Shown piece by piece: positions 44,246 through 52,726 of a DNA stretch of 64,000 bases (positions are counted from its first letter, which is position 1; each line of letters starts with the position of its first letter). Both the position numbers and the translations under genes were made by a program. The stretch is from an uncultured Actinomycetota bacterium. Lineage in GTDB: Bacteria; Actinomycetota; Actinomycetes; Mycobacteriales; Mycobacteriaceae. Location of the stretch: assembly GCA_963809085.1 (NCBI GenBank), contig CAWEII010000024.1, positions 6,951 through 70,950 on the forward strand, read 5' to 3'. Under the pieces are notes generated by a model. The model was not told the origin of the DNA and searched no databases. It worked only from the letters and a program-made list of their open reading frames with translations.

Positions 44246-45115
44246 GTGGATCCGGGGCTCATGCAGCTTATCGACGGGGGCGAATTGGCCTGGGCCGAGA
44301 TGGGTGACCCGAACGGCTACCCCGTCTTCGCGTTCCACGGCACCCCCGGGTCCCGCCACCAGGTCCTCGTCGAGCCCGCGTCCGCGCGTGCGGCCGGCGC
44401 CAGGGTGATTGCCCCGGACCGACCCGGGTACGGGGCGAGCAGCTGGAGACGGCGGCGCACGCTGGAGGGCTGGGCGAACGACGTCGCCGAGCTAGCCGAT
44501 CATCTCGGTATCGAACGCTTTGCGGTCATGGGCGTCTCGGGAGGCGGTCCTCACGCGGCAGCCTGCGCAGGCTTCCTGCCCGGGCGGGTCAGCGCGGCCG
44601 CGTTGGTCAGCGGTATCGCGCCCCTCGCCGAGCCCGGCTCCGAGGCGGGGATGATGCCCAACAATCGGCTCTTCGTCCGCGTCGCCCGGAAAGCCCCCGC
44701 CGCGAACGCCCTGCCCTTTTGGCTCGTGTCAGTGCTCGCACGAAGGGCACCCACCTGGCTGGTGAAGGGGATGCCGGCCGCCGACGCCGCCGTGCTCGCA
44801 CGGCCCGAGGTGCGGAGCTCGTTCCTGGCGTTCGCCCATGCGTCGCCCACGATCGGCAGGGCGGCCGCCCAGGAGTTCGGCCTGTTCGCCCGCGACTGGG
44901 GCTTCGACCTCGGGGAGGTCAACGTGCCCGTGCAGGTGTGGCAGGGCGACGCGGACGTAAACGTGCCAGTGGTCCACGCCGAGCGCCTGTCCGCAGCAAT
45001 CCCCGGCGCTGTCCTGCACGTCGTGCCGGGCGAGGGACACCTCGTCTTCGTGGACCACCTCGAGGAGATCCTGCGCGAACTGCTCGCCTCGAGGACGTAT
45101 CGCCCCGCAGATTGA
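44246..45115 (+). CDS. Alpha/beta hydrolase
   Basis: HGTPGS, DRPGYG, GVSGG nucleophile elbow, GDAD, GEGH. Confidence 0.9.
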   Translation: MDPGLMQLIDGGELAWAEMGDPNGYPVFAFHGTPGSRHQVLVEPASARAAGARVIAPDRPGYGASSWRRRRTLEGWANDVAELADHLGIERFAVMGVSGGGPHAAACAGFLPGRVSAAALVSGIAPLAEPGSEAGMMPNNRLFVRVARKAPAANALPFWLVSVLARRAPTWLVKGMPAADAAVLARPEVRSSFLAFAHASPTIGRAAAQEFGLFARDWGFDLGEVNVPVQVWQGDADVNVPVVHAERLSAAIPGAVLHVVPGEGHLVFVDHLEEILRELLASRTYRPAD

Positions 45116-45176
45116 CCAGCGCAACCCGCAGGTGCCGTCCGGGCTACCGGCAGCGACTGCGTGACGTCGCGGTAGC

Positions 45177-45806
45177 GTGACGACCGTGAACTCCTCTCGT
45201 GTGTCCTCTTCCGTCGCGCTCGTGGCCTGCGCCGCGTCGTTCGTGATGACGCTCGCCGCATGCGGCTCGGGTACAGATGCTGCATCGCCCAGCACACCCT
45301 CGGTCGCCGAGGTCGCGACCTCCATCAGTCAACCGGCAACCCCAGCCAGCGGATGCCCGACGACGGCGGCGACCGGTGGCACACCCGAATGGTCACTGCC
45401 GGGAGCCACTGGCAGCGTCGCCGTCACTGGATCCACGGATACGACGGCGCCGTACGTCAAGGTGGCCGCACCGTTCAGCGTGACCGAGACCCAGGTGCAC
45501 ACACTGAAGGCCGGTGACGGGCCGGTCGTCGCTGACACGGCGACGGTTTCCGTCTGCTATATGGGTGTCAACGGGCGTGACGGGTCCGTGTTCGACAGCA
45601 GCTACGAACGCGGCACCCCTGCCGAATTCTCGCTCAACGGAGTCGTGCCGGGCTTCCAGAAGGCGATCGCGGGACAGAAGGTCGGGTCCACGGTCGCCGT
45701 CGCAATGGCATCTGCCGACGGCTATCCCGACGGTCAGCCCGCCGCTGGAATCCAGAAGGGTGACTCGCTCGTCTTCGCGATCAAGATCCTCGACGCCACG
45801 GGTTGA
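45177..45806 (+). CDS. FKBP-type peptidyl-prolyl isomerase lipoprotein
   Basis: LAAC lipobox; FDSSYERG, VVPGF, GY, LVFAIKI. Confidence 0.9.
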   Translation: MTTVNSSRVSSSVALVACAASFVMTLAACGSGTDAASPSTPSVAEVATSISQPATPASGCPTTAATGGTPEWSLPGATGSVAVTGSTDTTAPYVKVAAPFSVTETQVHTLKAGDGPVVADTATVSVCYMGVNGRDGSVFDSSYERGTPAEFSLNGVVPGFQKAIAGQKVGSTVAVAMASADGYPDGQPAAGIQKGDSLVFAIKILDATG

Positions 45807-45817
45807 GCCGCGACCGC

Positions 45818-47086
45818 TCACGGCGCGAACAGGAGTGCCGAGCCGATCGACGGCTCGTGCAGCCGTAGGTAGAACAGTCCCGCCCCGGCCAGTCCGAGCA
45901 TGAGGTTCGGCGTCTCGCCTTCGTGCGTCCCGCAGGGCCAAGGCCGGCCGGGTTGTGCGAATCGCTCGATCCCCGACGATGCCACCTCGAGGGCGAGGTC
46001 ACGCCACTTGGTGTCCGAGGAACCAAGCACTCGGTATCCCCTCTCCAGTATCTCGGCGTTGCCTACCAGCCCGTGGCATAGCGAGTACGAACCACCTCCG
46101 GCCCGCAACATTGCATCGGTGTGCACGAACGTCGTGTCGAGCGCAATCTCCGCCTCCTGCTTGAGGACTGGAAGTGAGGTGAGCTCGTACGCCCGCAGTC
46201 GTGCCAGCGCGATCCCAGCGGCTCCGTGGCACCACGCGACGGAATGGGAACGCTCCCCTGGACGCGGCGCCCTTCCGGGCCGGGTCCGTAGATCGGGCCA
46301 GTTCTGCACTCGCGCATCGAAGAGCGAACGTTCGTAAGCGAACGCCTGGAGCGCGAGCGTGGCGAGCTCTCCCCGACCGCTAACCGCCGCGACTTCGAGC
46401 AGCGCGCATGCTGCGCCCGACGCACCGTGCGAAAACCCCGTGAGATTGCCCGACGAGGTTCGGGGCTCGCCCGCCCATGATGCAACGACCTCAGCGGCCC
46501 CCGATCGCTGGGCAGCGTCGGCCAGTTCGCCTGCCAGGCGTAGAGCTTCCTCGCCGAAACCTGCATCGCCCAGCTTCGAATTCAGCCACAGCAGGCCGTA
46601 GATGGAGCCCGCGCGGCCCGAGATGACGTCGAATCCACCGTTGGTGCTTGGACGAGAACTCATCGTGGTCGTCTGCGCTGCCGCCTCCAGGTACCGCGAT
46701 TCACCGACCGCGGCGCCCACCGCGGCGGCGGCCACCGCAATTCCGATTCTTCCCGAGTAGAGGGAACGGTCGCGGTCCGCAGGCAACTCAGATGTGCGAG
46801 CCATGGCGTGATCGATCGCGCCCATCGCCGTACGGCTGAACACTTCGTCGCCGGTGACGCCGGCCAACTCGGCGAGGAAGAGCGCGACGCCGCTCGTGCC
46901 TTCGTACAGATCGGGACCGAACGTTGCGTACGTCATCGCCATTTGACCTCCGCGGCCCTCTTCGAGCGAAGCGCCCACCCAGGTGCACCGGCTGTCGTGC
47001 CAGATCGCCTGATCGGCGATGCGCCGACCGAGAAGGATGGCGGCATCGAGATGGCCGGCCGAGCCCGGCACCGAAGCCGCGGGCAT
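45818..47086 (-). CDS. lanC: Stand-alone LanC-like lanthionine cyclase
   Basis: LYEGTSGVALF, GFSHGASG (catalytic His), WCHGAAG and SLCHG (Cys/Cys/His Zn ligands), LMLGLAG; TGATG coupling to the HopA1-like gene. Confidence 0.92.
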   Translation of the reverse strand: MPAASVPGSAGHLDAAILLGRRIADQAIWHDSRCTWVGASLEEGRGGQMAMTYATFGPDLYEGTSGVALFLAELAGVTGDEVFSRTAMGAIDHAMARTSELPADRDRSLYSGRIGIAVAAAAVGAAVGESRYLEAAAQTTTMSSRPSTNGGFDVISGRAGSIYGLLWLNSKLGDAGFGEEALRLAGELADAAQRSGAAEVVASWAGEPRTSSGNLTGFSHGASGAACALLEVAAVSGRGELATLALQAFAYERSLFDARVQNWPDLRTRPGRAPRPGERSHSVAWCHGAAGIALARLRAYELTSLPVLKQEAEIALDTTFVHTDAMLRAGGGSYSLCHGLVGNAEILERGYRVLGSSDTKWRDLALEVASSGIERFAQPGRPWPCGTHEGETPNLMLGLAGAGLFYLRLHEPSIGSALLFAP

Positions 47087-48099
47087 CAGAAGGGATATCC
47101 GTCGGTCGAGCCGGAATTCAAGTACGGCGTTGCAAGGCTGATGCCATCCTCCGCGAACGTCTCCTCGATGATCGCCAGACGATCAGCTGCTCCGGCGACG
47201 GCATGCTCGTGGATGCGTACGAGCGCCTCCGCGAGCAGTCGGCAACGGTCCATTCCGAAGCTGTCCCGCGACTCGGCCGGTTCCTCGGCCAGCCCGAGGC
47301 CAGGCGCAAGAACCTTGGTGAACACCGGCGTCGCGCGCTTGAGGTTGGCGCCGAGCTCGACCAGGATTAGGCGGACGACGGAGAGGACGTGATCGTAGTC
47401 CGTCCGCTGAGCGTACAGAACCCCTGCGTCGCAGCGGTCGTAGTGTGCCGGATCGTTGATGACCTTGAGGCGGAACGGGACTCGGTCTTCATTGAGCAGC
47501 CGTGTGGCACGCTCGATGAGCGTCGGCGCATCCTCGGCGCGCAGGTTCCAATAGAACCGGACTAGAGCGCGGCCCGGTTCGAATGTCAAGCCCTCGTTGC
47601 CCAGAGCCAGATAGAATCCGGGTGACATCTTGAGCAGCTCCTTCGGGAACCGGACTGCCCGCAGCTGGCCGGGTGACAGGTGGTCCGCTGTGTCGGCATA
47701 GGTATCTTCACGTGTGAACCAGACACGCAACCCGTCGCGCGTCGCCGTCACCACATCCCCCGCCACGTCCACGATGCTCCAGCCGCCCTCTCGCGCACCA
47801 GTTCCCCCGTTGGCCGCCGACAGCACGTCGACGAACGAAGAGCTCCGCATCCGTCCCAACGGGCTGAACTGGTCGCCTCCGGGCGTTGCAAAACCCCTGC
47901 AGTAGAAGTCGCCGTAGAGGCGCATCTGGAGCTGATGGCGCAAGTAGTCGCGCATCGTCGAGGTTGTCATTGCCCGGCGCGCCGCCGCGGATAGGCTCGG
48001 AGACCGCTGACCAAACCACGAAAAGGAGGTGGCTGAAACGATATTCACGGCGTGGAGGACGCCTTCGATCTGTGATTCCACTGCCGCGGTCATCGTCAC
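47086..48099 (-). CDS. HopA1-family protein, LanY-type phosphoSer/Thr lyase
   Basis: VRFYWNL, FRLKV, YDRCDAGVLY, PVFTKVLAPGLGLAEEP, SFGMDRCRLLA; GTG start overlaps the kinase stop (GTGA), alternative ATG at 48093. Confidence 0.85.
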   Translation of the reverse strand: MTMTAAVESQIEGVLHAVNIVSATSFSWFGQRSPSLSAAARRAMTTSTMRDYLRHQLQMRLYGDFYCRGFATPGGDQFSPLGRMRSSSFVDVLSAANGGTGAREGGWSIVDVAGDVVTATRDGLRVWFTREDTYADTADHLSPGQLRAVRFPKELLKMSPGFYLALGNEGLTFEPGRALVRFYWNLRAEDAPTLIERATRLLNEDRVPFRLKVINDPAHYDRCDAGVLYAQRTDYDHVLSVVRLILVELGANLKRATPVFTKVLAPGLGLAEEPAESRDSFGMDRCRLLAEALVRIHEHAVAGAADRLAIIEETFAEDGISLATPYLNSGSTDGYPF

Positions 48100-49184
48100 G
48101 CTTCCACGGGAATGCCGAGGAGGTGAACGGCTGCTTCCAACGGCCGGCTTAGCATGTTCGACGCCAGCTGTAAATGGAGCACCATGCCGCTGTCCAGATG
48201 GGACGCCGTCTGCGCAGCCTCGAATGCGGTCTGTACTAGACGGGCCGCGGCAAAGGCGACAACGACCGAGAGCCATTGAGCATCAGTCTGATCGAGGTCG
48301 GCGCGCCTCCAGTACGCCAACCAACAATCTGCCATTGCCGGCTGCATCCGGGCCAACGGAAAGCGGGCAAGCTCGGGAAACCGGTCCGGGGGATCCTGTC
48401 CGGTGATGGGGATGGAGAACAGCCACACACTGAGGTAATGACTGAAGACCGAGCCCAGATCCCAACGGGGATCACCCGTCTGCGCCGCCTCCCAGTCGAT
48501 GATCTTCAGCCGGAAACCTGACTTCGGCCGACTGGTTTCCGGGGAGGCAATGAGATTGTCCCACTTCATATCACGATGGATCAGGCAGGACGGCTCCCAT
48601 TCGCGACGCAGGGCGTCGAGGCTATCGCAAAGCTCCGGGGCCGACTGCACTATGCGGATCAGCTCCAGAGCCGCGGAACTGGCGTCGCGAAAGACCGATA
48701 GGTGGGGCTGATGAACCGCGAGAACCCATGGTGTCGGGCGCTCCTGCGGCGTCGCGGGTACCGGTGTGCTGGTCGCAGTCATTCGGTGCAGTGTGCCAAG
48801 GGCGTGGCCGATCGACGTGGCGAGCGCCCGTGAAAAGCGGCCGGTGCGGAGCTGATGTGCCCGGAGGTCCCGATCGCCGGGCATTTTCCCCAGAACCAGA
48901 ACCCGACCGGCCGCGTCGTACTCCCATACGGCAGGAAGATATCTGGTCATGCGCTCGCCCAGCTGACCAAGCATCCGGTAAACGGCGGCCTCGTGAGCTA
49001 CGGCGGTCAGGCCCTCCTGGCTCATCCCCTGCTTGAGCACCAAGGACGTGTCGCCGGTGTCCACGACGAAGATGTGGTTCCGACTCGATGCGTCACGTAC
49101 GACGACCGCACCGTCGACGACGTCTTGCGGATGGAGCAGGCCCCGATCAAGCAGGTAGCGGACGACATCACTGTGCTTGAGCAA
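48096..49184 (-). CDS. APH-family phosphotransferase, LanK-type peptide Ser/Thr kinase
   Basis: VLKQ, LGTLH, HRDMKWDN catalytic loop, IDWE, GDPRWDLG. Confidence 0.87.
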   Translation of the reverse strand: MLKHSDVVRYLLDRGLLHPQDVVDGAVVVRDASSRNHIFVVDTGDTSLVLKQGMSQEGLTAVAHEAAVYRMLGQLGERMTRYLPAVWEYDAAGRVLVLGKMPGDRDLRAHQLRTGRFSRALATSIGHALGTLHRMTATSTPVPATPQERPTPWVLAVHQPHLSVFRDASSAALELIRIVQSAPELCDSLDALRREWEPSCLIHRDMKWDNLIASPETSRPKSGFRLKIIDWEAAQTGDPRWDLGSVFSHYLSVWLFSIPITGQDPPDRFPELARFPLARMQPAMADCWLAYWRRADLDQTDAQWLSVVVAFAAARLVQTAFEAAQTASHLDSGMVLHLQLASNMLSRPLEAAVHLLGIPVEA

Positions 49185-49224
49185 TCGACGACGTGACCTT
49201 GCTCGAGCTTGTTCAGCCCGCCGG

Positions 49225-49782
49225 CTAGCCGAGCCCGATGCCGCAGAGCGGTGCGAACTCGCTCGGCCTGCACCAAGCGATCACGGTTGGCTTGGGGGGA
49301 CATGCTTCCCAGGTAGTGCAGCCATCCGATGGGCAGCCAAGAATGTTCGAGACGCACTGCCGCACGATGATGCTGTGGAAACCTCCCCCCCGGCCGGCGG
49401 CCGCCGGGGCAGCCAGGTTCGCGTGCGCGGTGGGCTGCATCCGGCCTGCGGCGATGGCGCCGGACAGGAATTCGGCCTGAATCGTGGTCGACGAAACCCT
49501 CGTCACCTTGAGTTCAAGCGCCTTCGGCACCCATATGAGCGTCCCACCATCGTCGGCAGCCTGCCTGTGATGCAGGATGTCGCCCTCCGCCACCTCGACG
49601 TATGACGTCAGTGCGTGGTCCAGATACAACCGCCAATCACCGGCTGTCGTGCTCTTCCCGACGTATCCGTGCAGAACCGTAGAGTCCGGAGGTCCTTCAC
49701 TGGGATCTGGGACCAGTGCCGCAACGAGCGGGTCCTCTGCCAGGCGGCGCTTCTCGCCGCCGGTGTCCTTAGAAGCTGCCAT
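49225..49782 (-). CDS. Long-leader RiPP (lanthipeptide) precursor, 185 aa, Cys/Ser/Thr-rich C-terminal core
   Basis: ATG with gggggcagga RBS; all six Cys fall in the last 51 aa after GRGGG; first gene of the kinase-lyase-LanC operon. Confidence 0.8.
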   Translation of the reverse strand: MAASKDTGGEKRRLAEDPLVAALVPDPSEGPPDSTVLHGYVGKSTTAGDWRLYLDHALTSYVEVAEGDILHHRQAADDGGTLIWVPKALELKVTRVSSTTIQAEFLSGAIAAGRMQPTAHANLAAPAAAGRGGGFHSIIVRQCVSNILGCPSDGCTTWEACPPKPTVIAWCRPSEFAPLCGIGLG

Positions 49783-50048
49783 GTTCCTGCCCCCCGACTT
49801 CCCCGAGCCGCTCAACAGGACAGGGACGCGCCCTGGCAGTGCTCGAGGATCACAACGAGTGTCTCACCGTTCGCCGCCTGGATCAATGCAAAAGCGGCAC
49901 CGACCTGCACTTCCTCGTCGCCATTAAGCAAGGCCGACTCGGGACGCGCTCCCCGTCGAATATGCGTGCCGAGTGGTCGGTATGTGCAACTGTGTCGGCG
50001 GCGCGCGCGTTCACACGGTATAGTACGCATTGCGTACCAGCCTTGGAG

Positions 50049-50495
50049 ATGAAGTCGATCGTGTCCCCCGTTCCCGTGGAAGAGTCCACCGCCGCAGCTC
50101 TGAGCCAGTCGATCCACCGGTTGTCGCGACGGTTGCGCAAGCACGCTCAAATGGATCTGACCGCGTCCCAGATGGGTGTGCTCACCACCGTCGAGAAGCA
50201 TGGCGTGCTTCGGCTCGGTGAGCTCACCCGCGTGGAGCAGGTCGGCAAGTCGACGATGACGCGGCTGGTCGCGAAGCTCGCCGGGGCGGGATACCTAGAA
50301 CGGCTGGTCGACCCCAGCGACGGTCGTGGATCCCTCGTTTCACTGACCGATCACGGCGCTGCCGCGCTGCGGTCCGCCGCGGCGCGCCAGCTCGCGTACC
50401 TAGGTCGTCAGCTCGATGCCCTCGACGCTGCCGACCGGGACATGCTGTTGGCCGTCGCGCCGATACTCGAGAAGCTCTTGGCAGTGAAGGCATGA
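50049..50495 (+). CDS. MarR-family regulator
   Basis: LTASQ..VL, STMTRLV..L..AGYLER..DPSDGR. Confidence 0.9.
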   Translation: MKSIVSPVPVEESTAAALSQSIHRLSRRLRKHAQMDLTASQMGVLTTVEKHGVLRLGELTRVEQVGKSTMTRLVAKLAGAGYLERLVDPSDGRGSLVSLTDHGAAALRSAAARQLAYLGRQLDALDAADRDMLLAVAPILEKLLAVKA

Positions 50496-51766
50496 AGGCC
50501 TATCTGGTCGCGACGTTCGCGTCCCTGCGGATACGCAACTTCCGGCTCTTCTTCATCGGGCAGTCGGTGTCGATCGTCGGCACCTGGATGCAGAAGTTCG
50601 CCCAAGCCTGGCTGGTGTTGGAGCTGACCAATTCCGGAGCGTGGCTCGGCATCACGTTGGCCGTGCAGCTGACGCCCACACTCCTGCTCACCCCGTGGGG
50701 TGGCGTGCTGGCCGATCGCTTCCACAAGCGGACGATCCTGCTCATCACGGCAACGACGTCCATAGTCCCGTCTGTCCTGTTGGGCGTGCTGATCCTCGCC
50801 GACAGCATCAACGTAACGATCGTCATGGGCTTGGCCCTTCTTGGTGGCATCATCGACGCATTCGAGAAGCCGGCGCGGCAATCCTTCCCCAGCGAGATGG
50901 TCGGTCCTGCACAGCTGACCAATGCGGTGATGCTCAACAACGTGGCCCAGGACACCGGGAAGGTCGTGGGACCGGCGGTGGCAGGCATCCTCATTGCCGC
51001 GGCCGGGCTGCCGTCGACGTTCCTGATCAACGCCGCCTCATTCGTCACCGTCATCGCGGGCCTTCTGCTGATGCGGCCCGACGAGCTCGCCATTCCCAAA
51101 CGCAAGGGTGCAGGCACGCGGCAGTTTCGCGATGGCCTTGCCTACGTGCGCGCGACCCCTCAACTGTTCGGCCCGCTCGCTCTGCTGGCCTCTGTTGGCT
51201 TGGTGGCGTACAACTTCCAAGTCATCCTCCCACTCCTCGCCCGTGACACCTTCCACGGCGACGCACGCACCGCCGGCTACTTGCTCGGCGCGCTCGGTGT
51301 GGGCTCCGTGGTCGGCGGGCTCGGGCTGGCCGGGGTGCTGACTGCCTCGATCCGGCGGATCATCGGTGCGGCACTGATATTGGCCGTCGTCTTTCTGGCC
51401 ACCAGCCTCGTGCCCAATTACTTGGTCGCACTTGGCATGGTGGCCGTACTGGGCGCGAGCAGCGTCGTGTTCAAGGCCCTGGCCAGCACGTGGCTGCAGT
51501 TGACGGCGGCCCCGGCCATGCGCGGTCGAGTGCTCGCTCTGCTCGTCGTCGCCATCGCCGGGACCACGCCCATCGGCGCGCCGTTGATGGGCTGGGTCGC
51601 CGAACAATTCGGTACCCGCGCGACCTTCGTGTTGGCCGGTGTGTGCACCGCGATCGCCGCAGTGCTCGCCCACTTCTACATGCACCGGGCGACCCACAAC
51701 GGGAAGTCCGTCGCCGCCGTGCCCGCGCAACAGGTCACCACGAACACCATCGACGACGTCGTGTGA
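50492..51766 (+). CDS. MFS transporter (EntS/DUF894-like)
   Basis: RNFRLFFIGQ..SIVGTWMQ, GGVLADRF, MRGRV; ATGA coupling to marR. Confidence 0.9.
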   Translation: MKAYLVATFASLRIRNFRLFFIGQSVSIVGTWMQKFAQAWLVLELTNSGAWLGITLAVQLTPTLLLTPWGGVLADRFHKRTILLITATTSIVPSVLLGVLILADSINVTIVMGLALLGGIIDAFEKPARQSFPSEMVGPAQLTNAVMLNNVAQDTGKVVGPAVAGILIAAAGLPSTFLINAASFVTVIAGLLLMRPDELAIPKRKGAGTRQFRDGLAYVRATPQLFGPLALLASVGLVAYNFQVILPLLARDTFHGDARTAGYLLGALGVGSVVGGLGLAGVLTASIRRIIGAALILAVVFLATSLVPNYLVALGMVAVLGASSVVFKALASTWLQLTAAPAMRGRVLALLVVAIAGTTPIGAPLMGWVAEQFGTRATFVLAGVCTAIAAVLAHFYMHRATHNGKSVAAVPAQQVTTNTIDDVV

Positions 51767-51892
51767 GCTCCTTCCCTCGCTTCCATCCCGTATCGAGATG
51801 CCGCGCATCGAAATCGCCTGCTTGACCAAGATCGCCCGACGATCCACGATGGCGGGAGCTGTCATGGGATCCGGCAGTCGAAAGGCGCAGTC

Positions 51893-52726
51893 ATGAGCTC
51901 GACCACGGTCGGTATCGCACAGTGGCACCCCGTGTGCGGCGAACCTCAGCGAAACCTCGACACGGCGCTGACCCACATCGGATCGCTGGCCGCAGAGGGG
52001 TGCGAACTCATCGTGCTCCCCGAACTCTGGGCATCCGGCTACGACGCGGGGTCGCTGGCCGTTGACGCGATCGTCGCGGCCGAACCACTTGACGGCGAAC
52101 GCGGACGTCAGCTCGCAGCGGCGGCCCTTCAACACCGCGTCTGGCTCTTCGCGGGTTCGGTGCCCGAGATCGATCAGGGGGGCCGGCTGTTCAACACGGC
52201 CCTCGTCTACGCGCCGGACGGCAGCCTCCGGGCACGACATCGCAAGGTGTACCTGTACACGCCGTTGGGTGAGGATGCCGTGTTCACGGCAGGCGCCGAA
52301 CCAACCGTGGTCGACGTCGACGGAATCGGCACCGTCGGGCTCAGCGTGTGCTTCGACGGGGATCACCCCGAATACGCCAGGACGCTGCACGGTCTCGGTG
52401 CGCGCGTGGTGATCTCGGTCTCCGCCTACGAGGCCGCGACGGAGTCGTGGTGGGACATCCTGTACCCCGCCAATGCGCTTGCCAATGGTCAGTGGTGGCT
52501 GATGGCCAACCAATGCGGCGGCGACGGGCCGAACGCACTGCTCGGACGCAGCCGGATCATCGCTCCCGACGGCGCAGTGATCGCCGAGGCGCGACGTTAC
52601 GACGGAGAGGGTGACGAGGCGCACCTGCTTGTCGCATCACTGGACCTCTCTGCTGCCGTCGCTGCTGCCGAGCAGGACGCAGGAGCGCTCTGGGCCCAGA
52701 GTGTCATACCCGTGAGTCCGCGATGA
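51893..52726 (+). CDS. Carbon-nitrogen hydrolase (nitrilase superfamily)
   Basis: E-K-C triad: LPEL, HRKVYL, VCFD. Confidence 0.9.
   Translation: MSSTTVGIAQWHPVCGEPQRNLDTALTHIGSLAAEGCELIVLPELWASGYDAGSLAVDAIVAAEPLDGERGRQLAAAALQHRVWLFAGSVPEIDQGGRLFNTALVYAPDGSLRARHRKVYLYTPLGEDAVFTAGAEPTVVDVDGIGTVGLSVCFDGDHPEYARTLHGLGARVVISVSAYEAATESWWDILYPANALANGQWWLMANQCGGDGPNALLGRSRIIAPDGAVIAEARRYDGEGDEAHLLVASLDLSAAVAAAEQDAGALWAQSVIPVSPR

Noticed and set aside
45177-45806. FKBP as a tailoring enzyme for the Pro-rich RiPP core
   Set aside because: Opposite strand, lipoprotein signal and a common mycobacterial gene type; adjacency alone is not evidence
49225-49782. Precursor as a thiazole/oxazole RiPP substrate or metallothionein
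   Set aside because: No YcaO or dehydrogenase in the window; the Ser/Thr-before-Cys spacing and operon context fit lanthionine formation better
49812-50201. 129-aa minus-strand ORF upstream of the precursor as a fifth cluster gene
   Set aside because: Overlaps marR on the opposite strand and has no recognisable motif or RBS
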